A stretch of 63,002 nt of DNA, filler included, from Actinomycetota bacterium (lineage in GTDB: Bacteria > Actinomycetota > Acidimicrobiia > IMCC26256 > VFJJ01): NCBI GenBank assembly GCA_009886115.1. It is 4 parts of 4 records of this genome, joined end to end, with 100 filler letters (N's around TTAATTAATTAA, not from the genome) between each part and the next. Parts side by side here need not be neighbours in the genome. Positions count along the whole stretch, not along the records: positions 10,900 to 40,269 come from VFJJ01000004.1; 3 more parts are not named here. The stretch is one strand, 5' to 3'. Below the pieces are notes generated by a model, which was not told where the DNA came from, did not search any database, and saw only the letters and a list, made by a program, of their open reading frames with translations. A program made the translations under genes and the position numbers. The number at the start of each line of letters is the position of its first letter. Within the stretch, counting starts at the first letter, position 1. Shown one piece after another: positions 17,137 to 27,048 of the stretch.

Positions 17137-18144
17137 ATGAACGACGCCGACAACCCACAGTTCGACCCCATGAGCGAACCCGACAGCGCGGTCAGTCCAG
17201 CCGAGCTGCAGGCGATCCGATCGGCGCTGCGCGACATCGAGCCGGTCGACGCCCTCACCCGCCGGCGTGTCCTGCGTGCAGCACTGGCAGCGTTCGACGA
17301 CGCGGGCCTCGATGCCGGGGTCGCAGCCGCCGCTGACGCCGCCGTCGCTGCGCAGCCCACGCCGCTGCGCAGGCCACGTCAGCGGTGGTACCAGAAGACG
17401 GCGCTGCTGGGCGCGGCTGCGGCCGTCGTCGTGGTGGCGCTCGTCGTTGCCACCTCGGGCGATGGCTCCCGCGACGACGCGGCCTCCGACAAGCTCCCTG
17501 CGGACGAGCTCACCGTCGAAGCTGGCGCGGCTGCCGAGCCGGCTGCCGATGCTGCTGCCGACGGCGTGGCCGAGTCGGTGCCCTTCGACGCCACGACCGA
17601 CGCGGCCGGCAGCGACACGTCGACCGCAGCCGAGCTCAGCGACCAGGCCACCTCCGCGAATGCCGCCGAGGCCACGGCTGTCGTGGAGACCCAGGACGCG
17701 ACGCCGCCCGCCGCCGGCGGCGCACCGGCCGCAAGCACCACGGGGGGTGGCAGCCTCGGCTCGGCGCCGCTCCCCGACCCGGCCAGCGATCGATTCGACG
17801 GTGTCGACCTCGGCGATCTGGGCACGTTCAGCGACCCCGCCAGCTTGGTCACCACCCTGGTCCGACGTCTCGACGCCTCGTCTCCGACCGCTCTGACGAC
17901 CGGGCCCGCCCATGCCACCACCACAACCTCGGCCGCCAACGCCGAACGAGCCGATGAGGCCTTCTGTTCGATCCCCGACACGGGGTCGCTCGCGGCGTCG
18001 ACCCGGGCCCGGGCCCGGGCCCGGGTCGACGGTGTCGTCGTGCAGGTCACCGTGGTGGGTGAAGGCAGCGACCGGATCGTGATCGGCCTCGACGCCGCGA
18101 CCTGCACGGTCGTGTTCGAGCTCGCGGCGCCAGTGCGTCCGTGA
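17137..18144 (+). CDS. Putative anti-sigma factor (single TM, Ala-rich)
   Basis: Follows ECF sigma; LLGAAAAVVVVALVV TM; two C-terminal Cys, ending DAATCTVV. Confidence 0.6.
   Translation: MNDADNPQFDPMSEPDSAVSPAELQAIRSALRDIEPVDALTRRRVLRAALAAFDDAGLDAGVAAAADAAVAAQPTPLRRPRQRWYQKTALLGAAAAVVVVALVVATSGDGSRDDAASDKLPADELTVEAGAAAEPAADAAADGVAESVPFDATTDAAGSDTSTAAELSDQATSANAAEATAVVETQDATPPAAGGAPAASTTGGGSLGSAPLPDPASDRFDGVDLGDLGTFSDPASLVTTLVRRLDASSPTALTTGPAHATTTTSAANAERADEAFCSIPDTGSLAASTRARARARVDGVVVQVTVVGEGSDRIVIGLDAATCTVVFELAAPVRP
17996..18031. repeat. Perfect 36-bp palindrome
   Basis: CGTCGA-(CCCGGG)x4-TCGACG. Confidence 0.9.
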
Positions 18145-18230
18145 GCACGTGGGCCGCGACCGGCCCGGGTTGGGGCCAGCGGAGGGCTCAGACATGCGGT
18201 TGACGAGGGCGCTTGGCTAGCCTGGCGCCC

Positions 18231-18509
18231 GTGAGTGACTGGACCACCCAGGCTGCCGATCTCGTCGAGACCGCCGTCGGCGCCGTTCGCGACAAGGCCG
18301 TCGTCCCGACGAAGTCCGTGGCCCGAGCCATCGTCTACGGCCTGCTCGCCGCGTTCTTCGCGGTGGCGGCCCTGGCGCTGTTGGCCATCGGCGCGTTCCG
18401 GCTCCTGGTCATCGCCATGCCCGGCGATCGAGCCTGGGCCGCGCACCTGATCGTGGGCGGAATCTTCGTCGTCCTGGGCATGTTCGTCTGGACGCGCCGC
18501 GCCCGGTAA
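18231..18509 (+). CDS. Small two-TM membrane protein
   Basis: Two hydrophobic helices; TAGCCT -10-like hexamer 7 nt before the GTG. Confidence 0.7.
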   Translation: MSDWTTQAADLVETAVGAVRDKAVVPTKSVARAIVYGLLAAFFAVAALALLAIGAFRLLVIAMPGDRAWAAHLIVGGIFVVLGMFVWTRRAR

Positions 18510-18559
18510 GCAGCACCGCGGTCCTCCGCCCGTCCATCGCTCGATCCCCGAGGTTCTCC

Positions 18560-19498
18560 ATGTCCGACGTCCGCGACGTCATCATCATCGGTTCGGGCCC
18601 TGCCGGGCTCACCGCCGCGATCTACGCCGCCCGAGCGAACTTGGCGCCGTTGATGATCGAAGGCGTCACGTGGGGTGGTCAGCTGCAGCTCACGACGGAG
18701 GTCGAGAACTTCCCGGGTTTCGTCGACGGGATCATGGGCCCGGAGCTCATGCAGACCCTACGTGACCAGGCTGCCCGCTTCGGCACCGAGTTCGTCACCG
18801 ACAACGTCGATCGCGTCGACTTCTCGGCCCGTCCCTTCCGCGTGTGGGTCGGTGATCGCGAGTTTCGGTCACACTCCGTGATCATCTCGACAGGGGCCAC
18901 GGCCAAGATGCTCGATCTCCCGTCCGAGCAACGACTTCTCGGGCATGGCGTCTCGACGTGTGCCACATGCGACGGCTTCTTCTTCCGGGGCCAGGAGATC
19001 GCCGTGGTTGGCGGTGGCGACTCGGCCGTGGAAGAGGCCAACTTCCTGACCCGCTTCGCCAGCACCGTCCACCTGATCCACCGCCGCGATTCCCTGCGAG
19101 CCTCGAAGATCATGGCCGATCGAGCAGCGGCGAACCCCAAGATCACGTTCCACTGGAACACCGTGGTCGACGAGGTGCTCGGAGACGGCCGGGTCGAAGG
19201 TCTGGCCCTCACCGACACCACGACCGGTGTCTCGTCGACGCTCCCGGTGGGGGCGCTGTTCGTCGCCATCGGGCACGACCCCAACTCCAGCCTGTTCACC
19301 GGCCAACTCGCGCTCGACGAAAACGGCTACCTGCTCACCTCCGGCGGTTCGACCAGCACCTCGATTGAAGGTGTGTTCGGGTCCGGCGACGTCGTCGACC
19401 ACGTCTACCGCCAGGCCATCACCGCTGCTGGGTCAGGATGTCAAGCCGCGATCGACTGCGAGCGTTGGCTCGAGTCCCAGCACGCCGGTGCCCACTGA
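18560..19498 (+). CDS. trxB: Thioredoxin reductase
   Basis: GSGPAG, CATCDG, GGGDSA, YRQAITAAGSG. Confidence 0.97.
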   Translation: MSDVRDVIIIGSGPAGLTAAIYAARANLAPLMIEGVTWGGQLQLTTEVENFPGFVDGIMGPELMQTLRDQAARFGTEFVTDNVDRVDFSARPFRVWVGDREFRSHSVIISTGATAKMLDLPSEQRLLGHGVSTCATCDGFFFRGQEIAVVGGGDSAVEEANFLTRFASTVHLIHRRDSLRASKIMADRAAANPKITFHWNTVVDEVLGDGRVEGLALTDTTTGVSSTLPVGALFVAIGHDPNSSLFTGQLALDENGYLLTSGGSTSTSIEGVFGSGDVVDHVYRQAITAAGSGCQAAIDCERWLESQHAGAH

Positions 19499-19573
19499 CC
19501 CACCGTCGGGAACAACCCGAGCCCGGACGTGGTTCCAAGCCCTGGCTACACTCCGCCCAACGAAAGGACCCCC

Positions 19574-19903
19574 ATGGCTGACGGAATCGTGACTCTCAGT
19601 GACGCCACCTTCGACGAGAGCGTCGCCTCGTCCGACACGCCCGTGCTGGTCGACTTCTGGGCCGAGTGGTGTGGCCCGTGCAAGATGATCGCCCCCGTGC
19701 TCGCCGAGATCGCGACCGAGTACGCCGGCAAGATCACCATCGCCAAGCTCAACGTCGACGACAACCCCAACGCGGCCCGTCGTTTCGATGTCATGAGCAT
19801 CCCGACGCTCATCGTGTTCAAGGATGGGGTCCCCGCCAAGCGCCTCGTCGGAGCCAAGGGCAAGGGCGCCCTCCTGCAAGACCTCGCCGAGTTCATCGCC
19901 TGA
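19574..19903 (+). CDS. trxA: Thioredoxin
   Basis: DFWAEWCGPCK, SIPTL. Confidence 0.97.
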   Translation: MADGIVTLSDATFDESVASSDTPVLVDFWAEWCGPCKMIAPVLAEIATEYAGKITIAKLNVDDNPNAARRFDVMSIPTLIVFKDGVPAKRLVGAKGKGALLQDLAEFIA

Positions 19904-19965
19904 ATCCCGAACGATCGGGTCCCAGCTGGCCACGCGGCCGCCCGGGCCGGATCATGGGTGATCTC

Positions 19966-20976
19966 ATGGCCGATCCCGTCTGGATCGAACGATCTCAGCA
20001 CGGCGAATCCGTGCGCGATCTCCAGCGACGTTTGCTCGATCTCGGCCACTCCATCCCTCTGGTGGAGCGTGAGGGTGTCTTCGGTGAGGGCACCGAGGAC
20101 GCCGTGCGTTGCTTCCAGCACCAGCGGGGACTGCGCGTCGACGGGATCGTCGGGGCCCAGACCTGGCGGGCCCTCGACGAGAGCCGCCACAAGCTGGGTG
20201 ACCGTCTGCTGTACCTCAAGGCACCGATGATTCGCGGCGATGATGTCGGGAGCCTGCAACGTCAGCTCAATGCGCTCGGGTTCGACGTCGGGCGGGAGGA
20301 CGCCATCTTCGGGCCCTCCACGCAAACCGCACTGCGTGAGTTCCAACGCAACGTCGGTCTGTCGGCCGACGGTATCTGCGGGCCCGACTCGGTCGCGGCC
20401 CTGGCACGATTCGGTCCGCCTCGCGACGACTCGATTGCGCAGGTGCGTGAGCTGGAGGCCCTGCGATCAGCGCCAGCCCAGTTGCGCGGCCGAAGCATCC
20501 TCGTGGTGGTCGAGCCCGGGCTCGACGTCATCGCTGCCGCGGTCTCACGGAGCCTGGCCCAGAGCGGCGCCGACGTCCTGGCTGACGTGTGCGGCGACGA
20601 CCACGGTCACGTCGCTGCCCGGGCCAACCAGTTCGCCGTCGACGCCCTCGTGGCGCTGCGCTGGGCCTCGAACGACGGGAGCCCGTCCTGCTCATACTTT
20701 GCCTCGGGTCCGTTCCGGTCCGAAGCGGGCTATCGCATGGCCTCACGGGTCAGCCTGGCACTGGCCCGACTGCTCCCCATGCCACCGGAGCCGGTGGGTG
20801 GCCGGGTCTCGCTGCTCCGTGAGAGCCGTATGCCCGCGGTCGTCATCGAGCTCGTCCGGTCGGACGATGCCGCAGCCATGGCGGAACTGGTGCGTCACCC
20901 CTACGTGATCGGTGAGGCCATCGCCGCCGGGCTCCGTGAGGCCATCGAGGAGCACACCGAACCAGCCCCGTCGTGA
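19966..20976 (+). CDS. CwlM-like protein: two peptidoglycan-binding domains plus degenerate amidase_3 domain
   Basis: VRDLQRRL...FQHQRGLRVDGIVG, GDRLLYL, LQRQLNALGF...FQRNVGLSADGICG, LLRESRMPAVVIE; position after trxA. Confidence 0.8.
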   Translation: MADPVWIERSQHGESVRDLQRRLLDLGHSIPLVEREGVFGEGTEDAVRCFQHQRGLRVDGIVGAQTWRALDESRHKLGDRLLYLKAPMIRGDDVGSLQRQLNALGFDVGREDAIFGPSTQTALREFQRNVGLSADGICGPDSVAALARFGPPRDDSIAQVRELEALRSAPAQLRGRSILVVVEPGLDVIAAAVSRSLAQSGADVLADVCGDDHGHVAARANQFAVDALVALRWASNDGSPSCSYFASGPFRSEAGYRMASRVSLALARLLPMPPEPVGGRVSLLRESRMPAVVIELVRSDDAAAMAELVRHPYVIGEAIAAGLREAIEEHTEPAPS

Positions 20977-21021
20977 GCTCGAAGCGGTGGCGAGTCGCCG
21001 TTGGTGTCGTGGCCCGATCGG

Positions 21022-21921
21022 CTACAGGGACGGGTCCCGGGTCGGCGAGTCGCCCGCACCGCTCATGATGCGGTAGATGCGTTCGAGATCCTCCACCGTG
21101 GCGAAGTCGATCACGACCTTGCCCGCGCTCTTGGTTCCCATCGAGATCTGCACCCGGGTCGAGTAGAGGTCGCAGAGACGTTCCTCGAGCTCCAGGAGAC
21201 CGGGCGAGCGCAGCCGCGGTGGCGATGTCGCCGCCGGTTGCCGGGACGCGCCAGCCCCTTCGTTACGGAGCCGAACGGCGTCTTCGACCTCCCGAACCGA
21301 CAACCCGTCGCTGGCCACGCGTCGAGCGAGGTGCTCCTGGAACGCACGGTCGGGAGTTCCCAACAGCGCCCGCGCGTGGCCCATCTGGACCTGGCCCAGC
21401 TGCAACAGCCGCTGGATCGCAGGCGGGAGCTGCATCAACCGCAGGGTGTTGGACACCGTGGCCCGGCTGCGGCCGACGCGAGCCGCCACTTCGTCGTGGG
21501 TGAGCTCGAAGTCCTCGATGAGCTGCTGGTAGGCGGCGGCCTCTTCGAGCGGGTTCAGGTCGGAGCGGTGGAGATTCTCGACCAAGGCCTGCTCGAGGGC
21601 GCCAGCATCGTCGACATCGCGCACGAGGGCCGGGATGGTCTGGAGACCGGCCCGCCGAGCTGCCCGCCACCGGCGCTCACCGGCGATGAGCTCGTAGCCC
21701 CCGTCAGCGAGGGGTCGCACCAGGATCGGCTGCAGAACTCCGACCTCACGGACCGAATCGGCGAGGCTGGTCAGCAGCTCCTCATCGAAGTGCTGTCGGG
21801 GCTGGAACGTGTTGGGTCGCACGTCCGAGATGGGAAGATCCTGGAGACCACCACCTCCCGGCATCGAGGCCGTCGGAATGAGCGCTCCGAGACCCTTGCC
21901 CAAACCTCCACGCTGAACCAC
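21022..21921 (-). CDS. parB: Chromosome partition protein ParB
   Basis: GLGKGLGALI, QPRQHF, IAGERRWRA, ENLHRSDLNPLEEA, HTH. Confidence 0.97.
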   Translation of the reverse strand: MVQRGGLGKGLGALIPTASMPGGGGLQDLPISDVRPNTFQPRQHFDEELLTSLADSVREVGVLQPILVRPLADGGYELIAGERRWRAARRAGLQTIPALVRDVDDAGALEQALVENLHRSDLNPLEEAAAYQQLIEDFELTHDEVAARVGRSRATVSNTLRLMQLPPAIQRLLQLGQVQMGHARALLGTPDRAFQEHLARRVASDGLSVREVEDAVRLRNEGAGASRQPAATSPPRLRSPGLLELEERLCDLYSTRVQISMGTKSAGKVVIDFATVEDLERIYRIMSGAGDSPTRDPSL

Positions 21922-21976
21922 CAGAGCTTCCTCCCTCGTGAGACCGAAGACGTGTCACGAGCACCCTGTCAGGTGC

Positions 21977-22909
21977 TCACGGGCTCCGACGTTGCGCTCC
22001 CCGACTGACCTCTTTGGCCAGCTCTCGATAGGCGATCGCCCCTCGGCTGGTGGGGTCGAAGGTCGTGATCGGCTGCCCGAACGAGGGGGCCTCCGAGAGA
22101 CGAACCGTGCGCGGAATCACCGTTCGGTACACCGTCGATCCGAAGTGCTCGCGAACGTCGGCCTCGACGTGTTCAGCCAGCTTCGTACGACCGTCGAACA
22201 TCGTCATCACGATGCCCCGGATCTCGAGGGCGGGATTGAGGTTCGTCTTGATGAGCTGCACGTTCTTGACCAGCTGCCCGAGTCCTTCCAGCGCGTAGTA
22301 CTCGCACTGAATCGGGACGATGACGTCGTCGGCACTGGCCATGGCGTTCACGGTGAGCAGGCCCAGCGACGGCGGGCAGTCGATGAGCACGTAGTCATAG
22401 TCGTCACGGACGTGGCTCAACGCTCGCCGGAGCCTGAACTCACGGCTGAACATGGGGACCAGCTCGATCTCGGCGCCGGCGAGATCGATCGTGGCCGGGG
22501 CCACGAACAGGTTCTTGACACTCGTCGGTTCGATGCAATCGTCGATCGGCATGTCCGTCATCATCACGTCGTAGATCGACGCGTCGATGCTCCGGAGGTT
22601 GAGCCCCAGCCCGGTGGTGGCGTTGCCTTGCGGATCGAGGTCGACGAGCAGTACCCGGAACCCCGACTCGGCCAACGCAGCACCGAGATTCACGGTGGTC
22701 GTCGTCTTGCCGACACCACCCTTCTGGTTGGCCAGGGCGATGATCCGGGGGAGCTCGTAGGTGCCATCGCGATCGCCGCTCGGGCTCGTCCCCAGACGGG
22801 CAGCGGCGTCCTTGATCCCGGTCAGGTCGGGCGTCGGGGCCTGTGGATTGTCAGCTGAGCGCCGCATCACCCTCGCCTCGTCGCCAGGGATCGTGGTCGT
22901 ACGGTCCAT
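21977..22909 (-). CDS. parA: Chromosome partition ATPase ParA/Soj
   Basis: NQKGGVGKTT, DLDPQGNAT, IDCPPSLG, QCEYYALEG, LSEAPSFG; start uncertain. Confidence 0.97.
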   Translation of the reverse strand: MDRTTTIPGDEARVMRRSADNPQAPTPDLTGIKDAAARLGTSPSGDRDGTYELPRIIALANQKGGVGKTTTTVNLGAALAESGFRVLLVDLDPQGNATTGLGLNLRSIDASIYDVMMTDMPIDDCIEPTSVKNLFVAPATIDLAGAEIELVPMFSREFRLRRALSHVRDDYDYVLIDCPPSLGLLTVNAMASADDVIVPIQCEYYALEGLGQLVKNVQLIKTNLNPALEIRGIVMTMFDGRTKLAEHVEADVREHFGSTVYRTVIPRTVRLSEAPSFGQPITTFDPTSRGAIAYRELAKEVSRGAQRRSP

Positions 22910-22960
22910 TGATCACTCCCAGGAAAGGGCACCGTCGCCCAGCCTAGACCACATGGTCGA

Positions 22961-22976
22961 CGTTCCACGTGGAACC
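22961..22976. promoter_or_regulatory. parS site 1
   Basis: cGTTCCACGTGGAACc matches the parS palindrome consensus. Confidence 0.85.
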
Positions 22977-24413
22977 AGCGTGCCTCGATATGAACGACGC
23001 TCCGCCACGACACCTCCATCTCCATCGAGCGGTGCACACCGGCAGCCCAGCATTCGAGCTGAAACCCGTGTCAGTACCCGGTCTCCGTCGACCTCGCCGA
23101 TCACGCCGAGGTCCATCGTGGGCGCCGAGGGGGATCACCATCCACGCCCGTGACAGCCTCGGCGTGAGCTACAGCGGGCGCGCCGCGAGCGTCGCGCTCG
23201 GGTGGAGAGGACTCGGCGTCGGGCGTCGGTGGTCCGGGGCGCGACGTCCACGGTGTGGTGGATCTCGGCGGTCCCGGCGTTGATCGTCCGACACGTCCAT
23301 GCGCTTTCAGCCACCCGCGTGCGAGGCCACGATCCACCACCGGGGACGAGGTCGGAGCTCTGGCCCCGGTGGTGTGGACGAGCGTGCGCTGCGATCGGGT
23401 CAGCGGCAGTGTGGTTGTGGCTCCTCGCCGGAACTCTGGGCGACCTGCGCGGGCGACCGGAGCTGCTCCGACTCGCGGTCGGTACCTTGGCGCTGTCGCC
23501 CATGCCCGGGGTGATGCGGCACGGTCGATGGCCAGTCGATCGAGGCTCCCGCGGCGTATGTGGGCGGCCCCAGGGAAGGATCAGCGGTGGCGTGCTCAGC
23601 CGCATCGGTGAGCGTCCTCGACCGGGGCGCCTCCGGTCCATCAGGTCGCGCCCGTCCGCTCTTCCTTGCCTCGCTGGGCGGCGGCGCCGTGGTGACCGTT
23701 CGGTATCCAACATTGCGGCGTCAGCGGACGACCGAGCAGTGACCGGCGGCGACCGTCGCGTCGGCCCCCCGCTCAACTCCTTCGGCCCACCATGAAGCGG
23801 CCAGGCCTCGATGCACGTGATTCCACCTCGGCGTCATCCTCGCTCACCAGGACACGACCGTCCCTGCTCGCAGCGCACACCATCGTCGTCCCGATGCATC
23901 CGTGGCGGGACAGACACCGGTCGTTTACGAGGCGAGCGGCCGCTCACGGCGTGCGGCCGTGGCTCAGAATCGTGCGGCGAAGCGGCCGACACACACGGCT
24001 CAAACCAGGACCACACGACACTGCGAGCGACGAAGGGGAGCCGATCATCGCGGCGAACCCTCGCTGGCATGCCTGAGCAGTGCCGCCGTGGACCGGCATC
24101 GATCCTCCCGGCCTCGGTTCGTCATCGGCTGGTCGCCCGGCGCGCCACGACACCGCTCGTCGAAACCCAGCCCCTGGTTCGTCGAGGGGCTCAGCTGCGC
24201 TCGCATCGGGCACGGACGACGAATTGCCCCACCCGTGGCGGCTGCCGACCCGGCGACCTGGCGGAGGGGTCCGCGGCGACGCGCCCCCTTCGTCGGAGCC
24301 GGCGCGGCACGTTCGGCCCCGAGGGTCCGGCCCGGGCCCAAGGTTGCTCCATCGAGGACGCGCCCATCGGGAAGGGGGCTCGGTATGTCTGGCCATATCG
24401 AAAGCTGGGGGGC

Positions 24414-24521
24414 CGCACTCGGTTTCCGGGCGCACACGAGCGCATGCACTCGACAACACTGGGTCGCACCCTGCGATTCTCGACATGTCGCACTCGGTTT
24501 CCGGACGCCAGTGGCGCATGC
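24414..24521. repeat. Direct repeat pair, 75-bp spacing
   Basis: CGCACTCGGTTTCCGG at 24414 and 24489, each followed by RCGC and then GCGCATGC. Confidence 0.7.
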
Positions 24522-25323
24522 CCGAAGGTCTCGAGACCGACACCCGTATGAGGGCCGCCGAGCACCGGTGCTGGGCGAGGGCAACGCTCGAGAGCCCGAT
24601 CGCCGCCGAGCAGGGCTCCGAGGGCTGTGGTTGATCACTGACGAACCGGTCGAGCGCGTCGAATAGCGGCAGGCGACCGGGGAACGTCGAGGTGTCCCGC
24701 ACGTATCGCGATGATGTCTCCACCGTCCGGAGATCCAAGCGCCCCACATGCCGCCCAGGCGACCGGGGCCTGACGCAGTCTCGATGCGGATCACGCCGGC
24801 ACCCGCGAAGCCAGGCAGTCCCGATGGCTCATGCCGTGCGGCCGGCGATGGCGAGCCAGCACCGCAACGGTCTCCACGACCCGACGGTTGAGCGGGTCCT
24901 TGAGCGCTGTCACCTGAGAGCCCACGAGAAGTCCCGGTCAGCGAGGCCACGGATTCTGGAAGGCGACGTGAACTGCGCCTGCTCGCTGTACGCCGGACTC
25001 CAGGGCCATGGGGACAAGCGCAACGGCGCCGAGATCGGCTCGCTCGACCCGGGCCCTCTCGACGTCGAGCAGGTGATGCACGCCGTTGCCACGTACGGCG
25101 ATCCGGCCAAGGCAGCCAAGGCGGCGGTGATCGGGTCAGGACCTGGCTCACGAGCGAAGTCCTCTGTGGGGTCACAGCCCGATTCCCCAAGCTGGGTCTG
25201 GGCTCATCATGAACAACGCCGCGATCGTTCGGGGATGCCCGGCGTCCCGCCCTGCCGTCAACCACGGTTCAGGCCGGGCCAGAACCCGGGCAGATCGTCA
25301 ACACCGAAGGCGGCGCAGGCCGA

Positions 25324-25339
25324 TGTTCCACGTGGAACA
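25324..25339. promoter_or_regulatory. parS site 2
   Basis: Perfect 16-bp palindrome TGTTCCACGTGGAACA just past the rsmG stop. Confidence 0.92.
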
Positions 25340-25343
25340 ACGC

Positions 25344-25964
25344 TCACCAGAGGGGCCGCTTGGCCGGGACACCGTCGCGCCTGGGAAAGCGATCATCCGT
25401 CCGTCGGGAGCACCGGAGCACCGCGAAGTGGACCGCGTCGAGCGTGACCACCTCGGGAGGATCGAACCCGAGGCTCAGGAGCGCAGCGTCGTTCCATCGT
25501 CCGTCCATGAGCACCGGCGGCTCACTCACCACGAGCACGCCTCCGGGCTCGAGAAACGCCGCGGCACACTCAGCGGTCACCGCCGGCGGACCGAAGGAGC
25601 GGCTGAGGACGACAGGGAACGTGCCTCTGAGCTCGGGATCGTGAGCCAGCACCTCGGCCCGTCCCAGCATCACCGTGACTCGATCGTGCAGACCGAGCAT
25701 GGCCGTCGCCTCGACGAGAAACCGACAACGACGCTCACTGGCATCGATCAGCACGGCGTGGGACCCCGGCCAGTGGGCTACGGCCACCAGGCCGGGCACG
25801 CCCCCGCCTGCACCGAGATCGAGGAACCGCAGAGGTACGCACGGCACGCAGGCGATGTGGGTGAGGGCATGGGCGAGTTGGGTTTCGACCGGCCCGGGGC
25901 CCAAGAACCCCAGGGAGCGGGCGCGCTCGAGCACGGCGAGGAGCTCGAGATCCCAGGTCGTCAT
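25344..25964 (-). CDS. rsmG: 16S rRNA m7G methyltransferase RsmG (GidB)
   Basis: LDLGAGGGVPG, GRAE, SRSFG, FPRRDGVPAKRPL; synteny. Confidence 0.9.
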   Translation of the reverse strand: MTTWDLELLAVLERARSLGFLGPGPVETQLAHALTHIACVPCVPLRFLDLGAGGGVPGLVAVAHWPGSHAVLIDASERRCRFLVEATAMLGLHDRVTVMLGRAEVLAHDPELRGTFPVVLSRSFGPPAVTAECAAAFLEPGGVLVVSEPPVLMDGRWNDAALLSLGFDPPEVVTLDAVHFAVLRCSRRTDDRFPRRDGVPAKRPLW

Positions 25965-26070
25965 GCTGATCGACCAAAGGAGGTGGATCGGGCGCACCGG
26001 CCAAACCCTGCTCCCCAACCGGACGGATCGTCGCTCGGCATCGTGTCCCGACCGACGATCCGTCGTGAGG

Positions 26071-26997
26071 TCACGCCGATGGCTTGATCACCACGCGTCG
26101 GCGGGGTTCTTCACCCTGCGACTCGGTCGCAATCCCCTCGATACCGGTGACGGCATCGTGCACGATCTTTCGATCGAGCGAGCTCATGGGCTCGAGTACC
26201 TGGTCCCGCCCAGTTTCGTGGGCCTGCATGGCGATGTTGCGAGCAAACTCCTCGAGGGCGATCTGGCGACGCTCGCGGTAGCCGGCGATGTCCACCGACA
26301 TTCGCGCACCATGGCCCCCGGTGAACTGCTGCAGCGCCGAGCGACAGAGCTCGTGCGTCGACTCGATCGTGGCTCCACGGGGGCCGATGAGGATGCCCAG
26401 CCCGTCCCCGTCGACGGTCACCGCGATGGCGTCGTCGGTGACAGCGGCCCGCACGGTGGCGGTCAGGCCCATCGTTTCGACCAACCCCACCATGAACTGC
26501 CGGACGTGCTCGGCCTGCTCTTCCAGGGGGATCTCGTCGACCATGGTCTGCTCCTGTTCCGTCGGTGCCGGACGTTCCCGGCGTTCCCTCGCGGGCTTCG
26601 AACCACCATTGCTTCGGGCCTTGGGCGTCGCAGCGCCATCGTCCGCCGCCGGTCTCCGAGCGCCGCCGTTCGAGGCTTCGCTCCGGGCTCGGTCGCCGCT
26701 GCGAGGGCTCGCGCCCTCGGGAGTTGCCGCCCCTCCGCCGTTCGAGCTCGGGCGGTCACCGCCCTCATCGCGTCCTGACGGGCGGCGTCGACGTCGGCGA
26801 GTGTCGGGCTTCTCACGCGAGACCGGACGTACTCGAGCTCGGATCTGGGCGGGCTTGGAACCGAATCGTCCGAGAATGCCCTTCTGTCCCTCGTCGACGA
26901 CCTCGTGCTCGAGCTCGCTCTCGTCGACTCCCAGCTGGTCGAGAGCGCGTTCGAGTGCTTCGTCAATCGTTTTGGCGCTGATGACAACCCACTCCAT
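26071..26997 (-). CDS. jag: Jag/EloR (KhpB) RNA-binding protein
   Basis: Jag_N AKTIDEALERAL, KH ILIGPRGATI, R3H RKIVHD...GEEPRRRVVI. Confidence 0.95.
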   Translation of the reverse strand: MEWVVISAKTIDEALERALDQLGVDESELEHEVVDEGQKGILGRFGSKPAQIRARVRPVSREKPDTRRRRRRPSGRDEGGDRPSSNGGGAATPEGASPRSGDRARSEASNGGARRPAADDGAATPKARSNGGSKPARERRERPAPTEQEQTMVDEIPLEEQAEHVRQFMVGLVETMGLTATVRAAVTDDAIAVTVDGDGLGILIGPRGATIESTHELCRSALQQFTGGHGARMSVDIAGYRERRQIALEEFARNIAMQAHETGRDQVLEPMSSLDRKIVHDAVTGIEGIATESQGEEPRRRVVIKPSA

Positions 26998-27048
26998 CGA
27001 TGCGTTTCCTTGCCCGTGACGGTCAGCCGGTCATGCCGGCCACCGCGC

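Noticed and set aside
23135..25447. Long ORFs (197-406 aa) between parA and rsmG
   Set aside because: Arg/Pro/Gly-rich, overlapping on both strands, no motifs; typical high-GC shadow ORFs
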